A DNA stretch of 32,000 nucleotides from Trichlorobacter lovleyi SZ (GCF_000020385.1 NC_010814.1:1350001-1382000); one strand, 5' to 3'. Shown: positions 8,203 through 16,022, counted from the first letter of the stretch. Numbers and translations: made by a program. The notes: generated by a model not told the origin, from the sequence alone.

Positions 8203-9124
8203 GATTGCCCTCATCTCAAGTCAGATGCAGCTTTCGTCACTGCTGCAGTTGCGCCTGCAAAGCAAGGGCTACCAGGTTATGGTTGTGGAGAAGACCGCGG
8301 CTGCCCTGGGGGCATTTTACTCTGATCCGCCTGACCTGATCATCGTGGATTTTTCCTCACCCTGTGTCGGCTGTCACGATATGCTCTGCATGGTGCGCAG
8401 TGACAGTTTCTTCAGCCCCATTCCCATTATCGGGATTTTTCCCATGGGGACAGAGCAGGAGTCCTGGGACGATTTTCCCCTTGATGACTTTGTGACCACG
8501 CCGGTCAACTTTGCTGAACTGGTCAGCCGGATCACGCTGTCGCTGTCACGCATCAAGCGGATCTTTGATAACAACCCCCTGACCAGATTGCCCGGTAATA
8601 CCTCAATTCACCGTGCCATTGAAGAGTCACTCGGCCTGCCTCTGGCGGTCTGCTACGTTGATATCAATCACTTCAAGCCCTATAATGATGTCTTTGGTTT
8701 TTCCCATGGAGATGAAGTGATCAGGATGTTGGCCAGGATTATGGCGAATGCCGTGCGTGAATCCGGCGGCGGGTTTTGCGGGCATGTGGGGGGGGATGAC
8801 TTTGTGTTTATCGTCCCCCGCGAACGGGCAGAGCCTGTCTGTTCAACTATTATCAGCCATTTTGATCAAATCGTACAGACCCTGTTTGACGAGGATATCA
8901 AGCAGCAGGGCTACTACTTGGCTCTTAACCGTAAGGGCGAGAAGGAACAGATGCCTATTCTGGGAATCTCCATTGCCGTCGTACCAATGGACTCCACTGC
9001 CATCACCCATGCCGCGCGGGTTTCTGAAGTGGCGGCTGAGCTGAAGAAGCTGGCAAAAGGAAAGACGGGGAGTTGTTTTGTGGTGGACAGGCGGTCAGGT
9101 TCGCCGGAATCCGACCAGTTGTAA
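8186..9124 (+). CDS. Degenerate receiver (pseudo-REC) fused to a GGDEF-family domain with a GGDDF motif
   Basis: REC-like fold: IALISSQ / LIIVDF / PIIGIFP / DDFVTTPV. GGDEF-like: NPLTRLPGN, VDINHFKPYNDVFGFSHGDEV, GHVGGDDFVFIV. Start ATG 8186 (TTG 8174 possible) overlaps the HDOD stop. Confidence 0.8.
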   Translation: MPQQSRIALISSQMQLSSLLQLRLQSKGYQVMVVEKTAAALGAFYSDPPDLIIVDFSSPCVGCHDMLCMVRSDSFFSPIPIIGIFPMGTEQESWDDFPLDDFVTTPVNFAELVSRITLSLSRIKRIFDNNPLTRLPGNTSIHRAIEESLGLPLAVCYVDINHFKPYNDVFGFSHGDEVIRMLARIMANAVRESGGGFCGHVGGDDFVFIVPRERAEPVCSTIISHFDQIVQTLFDEDIKQQGYYLALNRKGEKEQMPILGISIAVVPMDSTAITHAARVSEVAAELKKLAKGKTGSCFVVDRRSGSPESDQL

Positions 9125-9157
9125 CATTCTATGAAAGTTGTACAGGGGGTTGTTAAG

Positions 9158-9793
9158 ATGTTCAGAATAATTGCAGTTTCAGTTGCCTTGTTTGCACTGC
9201 TGTTTGTTGCCGGGTGCGGATCATCCCAGGCACCGGCGACACCAACCGGTTTGACGGTTACCGCAACCGGGCCGATTACCTTGAGTTGGACCGCCTCGTC
9301 AGGGGCCTCGAGCTATGTCATATTCCGGGGTACAGCTTCCGGTGCCATCACCACGAAAACCCTTCTGGCAGCCGGTGTCAGCGGAACGAGCTATGCTGAT
9401 TCATCGGCTCTTGCTGGTCCTACTTACTACTATCAGATTACGGCCCTGAATGACGATGGACAGTCAAGCCCATCAACTGAGATAGGTGCCACGCTTACTT
9501 CGTTTACTCTAACCGGGGTTGCTGGCTCTTTGCAGGCTGAGCTGGCTTGGGCTAGCGTCCCTAATGCAACTAGTTATAACGTGTATCGCGGTATGTCTTC
9601 TGGTGATATTTCCGGTAAAACAGTAATACCAGCAGCAGCAGGTCTTACCGGCTTGACCTATATTGATACCTCTGTTACAGCGGGTACCACGTATTACTAT
9701 CAGGTTGAAGCTGTTTATCCTGCTGGGACCACCCCTGTTTACCCTTCAGGAACCCTGGTTTCTAGCGAAGTATCCGTAATACCAAGTAATTGA
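9158..9793 (+). CDS. Lipoprotein with two fibronectin-type-III-like repeats
   Basis: Signal peptide plus lipobox (LLFVAGC). Two about 90-aa repeats each carry L.W......SY.(I/V)(F/Y)RG.(A/S)SG.I....(L/I).....G.(S/T)Y.D.S...G.TYYYQ(I/V).A. ATG 9158 follows GGGGG; ATG 9131 is also possible. Confidence 0.7.
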   Translation: MFRIIAVSVALFALLFVAGCGSSQAPATPTGLTVTATGPITLSWTASSGASSYVIFRGTASGAITTKTLLAAGVSGTSYADSSALAGPTYYYQITALNDDGQSSPSTEIGATLTSFTLTGVAGSLQAELAWASVPNATSYNVYRGMSSGDISGKTVIPAAAGLTGLTYIDTSVTAGTTYYYQVEAVYPAGTTPVYPSGTLVSSEVSVIPSN

Positions 9794-9929
9794 TGGTAAC
9801 AGATGCGATGGCCTGAGGATAGATAGCGGTAAAAGATTTGTGCCGCCTCCATCAGTTGTGTAGGCTTGTATCTTGATGGAAGATTTATCAGCAAGCCTGC
9901 TGTATGAGCAGAATAGCTAACATCACAAG

Positions 9930-9960
9930 AAAGGCGCTACCCGTTATGGGCAGCGCCTTT
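9930..9960 (-). terminator. Rho-independent terminator of the cytochrome gene (possibly bidirectional)
   Basis: AAAGGCGCT(9930-9938)/AGCGCCTTT(9952-9960) plus CCC/GGG inner stem with a 5-nt loop. On the minus strand it is followed by TTTCTTGTG. It lies 31 nt after the stop at 9991. Confidence 0.6.
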
Positions 9961-9990
9961 CTGTTACGCTCTGGTATCCCTGAGGGGGAT

Positions 9991-10998
9991 TCAGGACTTT
10001 TTATGACACTTGGCGCAGTCACCCTTAACGGAGAAGGCGGTCTTGCCGTCGTGGCAGGCGCCACAGGATTTGCCCTGGGCCATATCAGCCATGGTCATCC
10101 GCTTGCCTCCACCATAAGGGAAGGTTTTGGTGTGGCAGTCAGAACATTTGTACGCAGCGGTATGGAAGTCATGGCTGAAATAGCCGACCACGGTACCGCG
10201 GCTGTTTTTGAAGGTCAGGTTGGCCGGTTTGTAGCCCGCGTGACACTTGTTACAGTCACCGGTTGAAGCGAAGGCGGTTTTGCCATCGTGGCAGCTTCCG
10301 CAGGACTTGCCTTTCGCCATGTCAGCCATACTGGCTTTACGGGAGCCTTGGCGATAGTCGTACTTCTTGGTGTGACAGTCGCCGCACTTGTAGGCCTGTA
10401 CGTGGAAGTCATGACTGAATACCGCATCATTAACAGGCTTTGACTTGTATTTAAGAGTCTTTGTGGCCAGACCGCGGTGGCAGGAACCGCAGTTTGCAGC
10501 GGCAGTAAAAGCGGTTTTTCCATTGTGGCATGAACCGCAGGATTTACCTTTTTCCATTTCGGCCATGCTGACACCACGGCGGATCGGACCACCTTTGTGA
10601 CAGCTCTTGCAGCCGAACCCTTTGCCGTTGACGTGTGAGTCATGGCTGAACACGGCGTTGCCGGCAGGGATACGATAGGTAATGGCGCTGGGGGTACCGC
10701 GGTGGCATTTACTGCAGTCTTTTTCAACAGCGACACTGAAAGCCTTCTTGCCGTTGTGGCAGGCTCCGCAGGAAAGTCCCTTCTCCATTTCCGCCATGGA
10801 ATAGGAACGCTTCTTGGAAAGATTGAAAATTGCGCTGTGGCAGGTCTTGCAGTCTTTGTTCTTTGCAAGGTGTGTGTCGTGGCTGAAGACAACGGCTGGA
10901 GCGTTCTTGAAACTGAACCTGATGTCCTTGGCCTGCACGGAGACAGCCATAAGCATGACCATAGCCGCTGCAAAGAAGGTAATAATGCGCCTGTTCAT
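9991..10998 (-). CDS. Periplasmic dodecahaem c-type cytochrome, polymer of four c7-type trihaem modules (GSU1996-like)
   Basis: 12 CXXCH motifs (C50, 77, 95, 130, 154, 170, 205, 233, 249, 285, 312, 328). Signal peptide ends VQA/KD. The FSHD.H motif recurs at residues 38, 117, 194 and 274. AAGGGGGA RBS. Confidence 0.9.
   Translation of the reverse strand: MNRRIITFFAAAMVMLMAVSVQAKDIRFSFKNAPAVVFSHDTHLAKNKDCKTCHSAIFNLSKKRSYSMAEMEKGLSCGACHNGKKAFSVAVEKDCSKCHRGTPSAITYRIPAGNAVFSHDSHVNGKGFGCKSCHKGGPIRRGVSMAEMEKGKSCGSCHNGKTAFTAAANCGSCHRGLATKTLKYKSKPVNDAVFSHDFHVQAYKCGDCHTKKYDYRQGSRKASMADMAKGKSCGSCHDGKTAFASTGDCNKCHAGYKPANLTFKNSRGTVVGYFSHDFHTAAYKCSDCHTKTFPYGGGKRMTMADMAQGKSCGACHDGKTAFSVKGDCAKCHKKS
9994..10920 (-). 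repeat. Four tandem, diverged intragenic repeats of about 235-240 bp (one trihaem module each)
   Basis: Recurring DNA blocks on the plus strand: gtcatggctgaaatagcc (~10169), gtcatgactgaataccgc (~10408), gtcatggctgaacacggc (~10639), gtcgtggctgaagacaac (~10876). Protein periodicity is 77-80 aa. Confidence 0.75.
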
Positions 10999-11037
10999 CG
11001 AAATCCCCCTTGAAGCTGATAAAATTTAAAGCGCCTT

Positions 11038-11066
11038 ACTTTAAGGGCCATAGTGGCGATTGTCAA
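11038..11066 (-). promoter_or_regulatory. Sigma70-like promoter for the cytochrome gene
   Basis: Minus strand reads TTGACA (11066..11061), 17-nt spacer, TAAAGT (11043..11038), about 40 nt upstream of ATG 10998. Confidence 0.45.
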
Positions 11067-11186
11067 TTGATAATTGTATACAGTTGTCATACACCCTTGA
11101 TGCTCCTTAAAAACCAGTTTGAATGCGGTTGCGGGGGTGGGTGAGGTGTGGTATACAAACATCCAATTTCCATGACGGGACGAGGT

Positions 11187-12014
11187 ATGATGCTGACCCT
11201 TGACGATATTATTAAAAATGCCCTGCGGGAGGATATTCACACCGGGGATCTGACCACCCAGGCCGTGGTTCCTGAGCCACGGCCTGCCACGGCCCGTCTG
11301 GTTGCCAAGGAGCCCTTGACCGTAGCCGGTATGGCGGTGGCAGCCCGGGTTTTTGGTTTGCTTGATGCAAGCATTGTCTTTGAATTCTGCTGTCAGGATG
11401 GTCAGATCCTTGAAGAGGGGACTGTTCTGGCCCGGATCTCAGGTGATGCATCCCAATTGCTGCAGGGGGAGCGGGTGGCCTTGAATCTGCTGCAGCGGAT
11501 GTCGGGTATTGCGACGTTGACCTCAAGCTATGTGCAAGCGGTTAAAGGCACCGGGGCACGCATTGTTGATACCCGCAAGACAACACCCGGTTTGCGGGTG
11601 CTTGAAAAGTATGCCGTGAGGGTTGGTGGTGGGATCAATCATCGCACCGGTCTGTATGATGGTATCCTGATCAAAGAAAATCATATTGCAGCTGCCGGGG
11701 GGATTACCGAGGCGATTCGTCGGGCGCGTGCCTATATTCCCCATACGCTGAAGATCGAGATTGAAACCGAGACGGTTGAGCAGGTGCAGGAAGCCCTGGC
11801 TGCCGGTGCTGACATCATCATGCTGGACAATATGGATTGTGAGACCATGCGTCACTGCGTTGGGTTGATCAACGGCCAGGCGTTGGTTGAGGCCTCGGGC
11901 GGTGTCAACCTGACCACGGTCCGGGCCATTGCCGAGACCGGTGTTGATATCATTTCAATTGGGGCCCTGACCCATTCCCCGCGTGCCATGGATATCTCCA
12001 TGCTACTGGATTAA
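11187..12014 (+). CDS. nadC: Nicotinate-nucleotide pyrophosphorylase (carboxylating)
   Basis: ALREDI.TGDLTT, ERVALNLLQRMSGIAT, DTRKTTPGLR..EKYAV..GGG.NHR and IMLDNM motifs. Start is ambiguous (ATG 11172, 11187 or 11190; GTG 11148). Confidence 0.9.
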   Translation: MMLTLDDIIKNALREDIHTGDLTTQAVVPEPRPATARLVAKEPLTVAGMAVAARVFGLLDASIVFEFCCQDGQILEEGTVLARISGDASQLLQGERVALNLLQRMSGIATLTSSYVQAVKGTGARIVDTRKTTPGLRVLEKYAVRVGGGINHRTGLYDGILIKENHIAAAGGITEAIRRARAYIPHTLKIEIETETVEQVQEALAAGADIIMLDNMDCETMRHCVGLINGQALVEASGGVNLTTVRAIAETGVDIISIGALTHSPRAMDISMLLD

Positions 12015-12019
12015 GCAAT

Positions 12020-13006
12020 ATGCCGCGCCGTATGATATCGTCTGAACTGCTGAAGTTGTTGCGGGCCGGCGGTGATGGCGTTGTATCGGGAGAACAGCTC
12101 AGCCGTGAACTGGGGGTCTCGCGCACGGCGATCTGGAAACAAATTTCAGCTCTGAGGGTAGCCGGATACCGGATAGAGGCCGTCCCCTCGCAGGGGTACT
12201 GCTTGCTTGCGGAGCCTGATCTGCTGGATCAACAGGCGATACGGGCCGGCCTGGCGAGTGGCTGCCTGTTGGGACGTCGGCTTGTCTGCTGTTCAGAAAC
12301 CGCCTCTACCAACAGTGATGCCTTCCACTTGGCTGAAGAGGGGGCCGAGGAGGGGACGGTGGTGCTGGCAGACCGTCAGTTGGCCGGCAAAGGGCGCCTT
12401 GGCAGGCGCTGGGAATCTCCTGCCGGCGTTAACCTCTACTGTTCAGTGGTCTTGCGCCCTGAACTTCCGCCCTATGAGGCACCACAACTGACCTTTCTCT
12501 CTGCAGTGGCGGTTGCCCGAGCCATTCACACAAGCACCGGCCTGCAGCCGGTCATCAAATGGCCCAATGATCTGTTGCTGAACGGTCGCAAGGTTGCCGG
12601 GTTGTTGAACGAAATGAATGCCGAGACTGATCGGGTCGGCTTTGTGATCCTGGGGATCGGGGTTAACCTGAATATGCGGGAGGATCAGTTTCCTCCCGAT
12701 CTACGTTCTCCAGCCACCTCTCTGCTGCTTGAGACCGGTTCAGCGGTCGTCCGCCAGGCCTTTGCCGTTAATCTGTTGCGTGAGCTTGAACGGGAATACC
12801 TCCGGTTTACACAGAACGGTTTTGGGCCGGTACGCGAGGACTGGACCCGCTACTGTAACGCCTTTGGACGTGAAGTGCGAGTGGAAATGGGGCCACACAC
12901 CTTGCAAGGGCCTTTTGCCGGCATTGATCATGACGGCGCCTTGTTGATGACGTTACCGGATGGACGGATTGAGCGGATACTGAGTGGTGATGTGACGGTT
13001 ATCTGA
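12020..13006 (+). CDS. birA: Bifunctional biotin-[acetyl-CoA-carboxylase] ligase / biotin operon repressor
   Basis: N-terminal winged HTH (SGEQLSRELGVSRTAIWKQISALRVAGYRIEA) and biotin-binding loop GKGRLGRRWESP, followed by KWPNDLL..GRKVAGLL. Confidence 0.9.
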   Translation: MPRRMISSELLKLLRAGGDGVVSGEQLSRELGVSRTAIWKQISALRVAGYRIEAVPSQGYCLLAEPDLLDQQAIRAGLASGCLLGRRLVCCSETASTNSDAFHLAEEGAEEGTVVLADRQLAGKGRLGRRWESPAGVNLYCSVVLRPELPPYEAPQLTFLSAVAVARAIHTSTGLQPVIKWPNDLLLNGRKVAGLLNEMNAETDRVGFVILGIGVNLNMREDQFPPDLRSPATSLLLETGSAVVRQAFAVNLLRELEREYLRFTQNGFGPVREDWTRYCNAFGREVRVEMGPHTLQGPFAGIDHDGALLMTLPDGRIERILSGDVTVI

Positions 13007-13030
13007 GCAGGACGGAGAAAGGAGAGGCGT

Positions 13031-13795
13031 TTGCTCCTCGTTATAGATGTTGGCAACAGCAATATTGTACTGGGTATCTACGACGGTGAACTGCTGGTGC
13101 GCCACTGGCGTATCTCGACTGATAAGTCCCGTACTTCAGATGAATACGGGGTCATGCTGAACAGCCTTTTCTCGCTGGCATCCCTGTCCTTTTCTCAGGT
13201 TAAGGCGATTATCATCTCCTCGGTGGTCCCGCCTCTTACCGGTGTGCTTGAATCACTCTGCCGCGATTTTTTTGCGCTGCCTCCCTATGTAGTCGGTCCC
13301 GGCATCAAGACCGGCATGCAGATTCAGTATGATAATCCCCGTGAGGTCGGGGCTGACCGGGTTGTCAATGCGGTGGCCGGTTTTGAAAAACACCGCAGCC
13401 CTTTGATCATTGTCGATTTTGGTACTGCCACTACCTTTGATTATGTGAACAGTAAGGGAGAATACTGCGGAGGTGCCATTGCACCTGGCCTAGCCATCTC
13501 GCTGGAGGCTCTGTTCCAGCGTGCCAGCAAACTGCCGCGGGTGGATATCTGTCGTCCCCCCCATGCCATAGCCAAAAATACGGTCAACTCAATGCAGGCT
13601 GGTATTTTTTACGGGTATGTGGGATTGGTGGATGGTATCGTGGAGCGGATCAAGCTGGAGAGCCGGGATCAGCCACGGGTGCTTGCCACCGGCGGTCTGG
13701 CAGCCCTGATTGCACCTGAATCAAAAACCATTGATGAAGTTGATGAATTTCTTACTCTGGAGGGGTTGAGGATTTTGTACGAACGGAACCGGTAG
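13031..13795 (+). CDS. coaX: Type III pantothenate kinase
   Basis: [30 protein letters not shown] and ATGGLA motifs. TTG start follows AGGAGAGG. Confidence 0.9.
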
Positions 13796-13843
13796 CTTAT
13801 GAAAGTTGTCATGCACCTATCAACGTAGACAAGGAGGCAGCGC

Positions 13844-15928
13844 ATGGGGACGTATCCAACGGAGAAGATTCGTAATCTGGGCATTGTGGCACACGGTGGG
13901 GCCGGTAAGACCTCGCTGGCTGAGGCGATCCTGTTCAATACCGGCATGATCGACCGGCTGGGGCGGGTTGATGACGGTACCGCCACCATGGATTTTGAGC
14001 CTGAAGAGACCAAACGCAAGATTTCAATCTCGTCGGCCTTTGACCACTGCGAGTGGAACGGTCATTCGATTCACTTTGTTGATACCCCCGGCTACGGTGA
14101 TTTTATCGGTGATACCCGTGCCTGTATGCGTGCCCTGGATTGTGCCGTGGTGATCCTTTCAGCCATTTCAGGGGTTAAGGTTCAGACGGAAGAGGTCTGG
14201 GAATGGGCGAACGAATTTGAGATCCCCCGCATCGCCTTTGTCAACAAGATGGACAAGGAACGGGCCAACTTCCTGCGCGCTATCGACGATATGGAGAAGA
14301 GTCTCAAGGCGCGCGGTGTGGCGATCCAGATGCCGATCGGTGCTGAGGAGTCCTTTGAGGGAGTGGTTGACCTGATCCGGATGAAGGCCTGCAAGTACGC
14401 CAAGGATGGCTCGGGCGGCTGTCAGGAGATCGAGATTCCGGCTGAGTATCTTGCTGAGGCCCAGCGCCTGCGGGAGCATATGGTTGAGATCGTGGCTGAG
14501 GCCTACGACGCTCTGACCGAAAAGTATCTGGAGGCCGGCGAGCTGACTGAAGAGGAGATCCTTGACGGCCTGCGGGTCGGTACCATGCGTAACACCTTCA
14601 CCCCGGTACTGTGCGGCTCTGCCACCCTGAACGTTGGAGTACGGCAGCTGTTGGGTGCTGTCTGCGACTTCCTGCCGTCTCCGCTGGATCGGACCAAGGC
14701 GGTTGGCACCAATCCTAAAAACAATGATCTGGTGGAACGTGGGCCGGATGAAAAAGAGCCGTTTTCGGCGCTGGTGTTCAAGACCACTTCTGACCCCTAT
14801 ACCGGTAAGATCACCATCTTCCGGATCTATTCAGGCACCCTTAACTCCGACTCTACCATCTATAATGCCAGTAAAGGGGTGGAGGAACGGATCGGCCAGA
14901 TCTATGAGCTGGAAGGTAAAAAACAGAAGCCGCTCAAGCAGGCCTTTGCCGGCGACATTGTGGCGGTTGCAAAATTGAAGGAAACCGTGACCGGTGATAC
15001 GCTTTGTGATCCGGCTCATCCGGTTGTCTATGAGCCGGCCAGACAGCTGTTGCCGGTGATCTCCTATGCGATTGAGCCGAAAACCAAGGCGGATGAAGAC
15101 AAGATCCATAATGCCCTGCACCGGCTGATCGAAGAGGAACCGACCCTGGAATCCCATCGTGATCCCCAGACCAAAGAGTTCATCATCTCAGGTCTTGGTC
15201 AGGTTCACCTGGATGTGATAGTTGAAAAATTGAAACGCAAATTCAATGTGGATGTGGTACTGAAGACTCCCAAGGTTCCCTATTTTGAAACCATCCGTGG
15301 GACTGCCAAGGTGCAGGGCAAGTACAAGAAACAATCGGGCGGTCGTGGTCAGTACGGTGACTGCTGGATTGAGATGAGCCCCACCGGGCGTGGCGATGGC
15401 TACATCTTTGAAGACAAGGTTGTGGGTGGCGTAGTCCCCCGTCAGTACATTCCTGCCGTTGATAAAGGGATTCAGGAGGCCGCTCTTGAGGGTTTCCTGG
15501 CAGGATACCCGGTGGTGGACTTCAAGGTGGCCCTATATGACGGCTCCTTCCATACGGTTGATTCTTCTGAGATGGCCTTCAAGGTCGCCGGTTCACTGGC
15601 CTTTAAAAAGGCGATGGAACAATGTAAGCCGGTGTTGCTGGAGCCGATCGTCAATCTGGCCGTGACAGTGCCCGATGAAAATATGGGGGACGTGATTGGT
15701 GACCTCAACTCCCGTCGTGGCAAGGTGGTTGGTGTTGAACCCAAGGCAAACTCCCAGACAATCAAGGCGGTGGTCCCGATGTCAGAGGTGCTGGCCTACT
15801 CCAACGACCTGAAGTTCATGACCAGCGACCGTGGCTTGTTCAGTACCGAATTTTCGCACTATGAAGAAGTGCCGACCCATATGGCACAAAAAGTTATTGC
15901 TGAAGCGCAGGCGGCAAAGAAGGATTAA
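13844..15928 (+). CDS. fusA: Elongation factor G paralogue (EF-G II type)
   Basis: Full five-domain EF-G length (694 aa). G1 AHGGAGKTS, G3 DTPGYGDF, G4 NKMD, domain IV/V blocks (KKQSGGRGQYGD, HTVDSSEMAF). It lies outside the str operon. AAGGAGG RBS. Confidence 0.9.
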   Translation: MGTYPTEKIRNLGIVAHGGAGKTSLAEAILFNTGMIDRLGRVDDGTATMDFEPEETKRKISISSAFDHCEWNGHSIHFVDTPGYGDFIGDTRACMRALDCAVVILSAISGVKVQTEEVWEWANEFEIPRIAFVNKMDKERANFLRAIDDMEKSLKARGVAIQMPIGAEESFEGVVDLIRMKACKYAKDGSGGCQEIEIPAEYLAEAQRLREHMVEIVAEAYDALTEKYLEAGELTEEEILDGLRVGTMRNTFTPVLCGSATLNVGVRQLLGAVCDFLPSPLDRTKAVGTNPKNNDLVERGPDEKEPFSALVFKTTSDPYTGKITIFRIYSGTLNSDSTIYNASKGVEERIGQIYELEGKKQKPLKQAFAGDIVAVAKLKETVTGDTLCDPAHPVVYEPARQLLPVISYAIEPKTKADEDKIHNALHRLIEEEPTLESHRDPQTKEFIISGLGQVHLDVIVEKLKRKFNVDVVLKTPKVPYFETIRGTAKVQGKYKKQSGGRGQYGDCWIEMSPTGRGDGYIFEDKVVGGVVPRQYIPAVDKGIQEAALEGFLAGYPVVDFKVALYDGSFHTVDSSEMAFKVAGSLAFKKAMEQCKPVLLEPIVNLAVTVPDENMGDVIGDLNSRRGKVVGVEPKANSQTIKAVVPMSEVLAYSNDLKFMTSDRGLFSTEFSHYEEVPTHMAQKVIAEAQAAKKD

Positions 15929-16022
15929 CAGACGGCAAGGGAGGTGTGAGTTATGGTACCGGAGATCTGGCCGGTCTACCAGCCCGCATCCTCCTTGATC
16001 CAGTTTTTACGGAGGTGTGAGC

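Noticed and set aside
9904-11013. Plus-strand 120/123-aa ORFs and a 252-aa minus-strand alternative frame inside the cytochrome gene
   Set aside because: Only the 9991..10998 minus frame yields 12 CXXCH motifs and a signal peptide. The others are frame shadows of a repetitive gene.
10999-11147. Possible c-di-GMP/cGAMP (GEMM) riboswitch upstream of the multihaem cytochrome
   Set aside because: The predicted promoter leaves only an ~35-nt leader. I could not find the paired GNRA-tetraloop/receptor hairpins or conserved GEMM nucleotides on the minus strand. A covariance-model scan would be needed for a formal negative.
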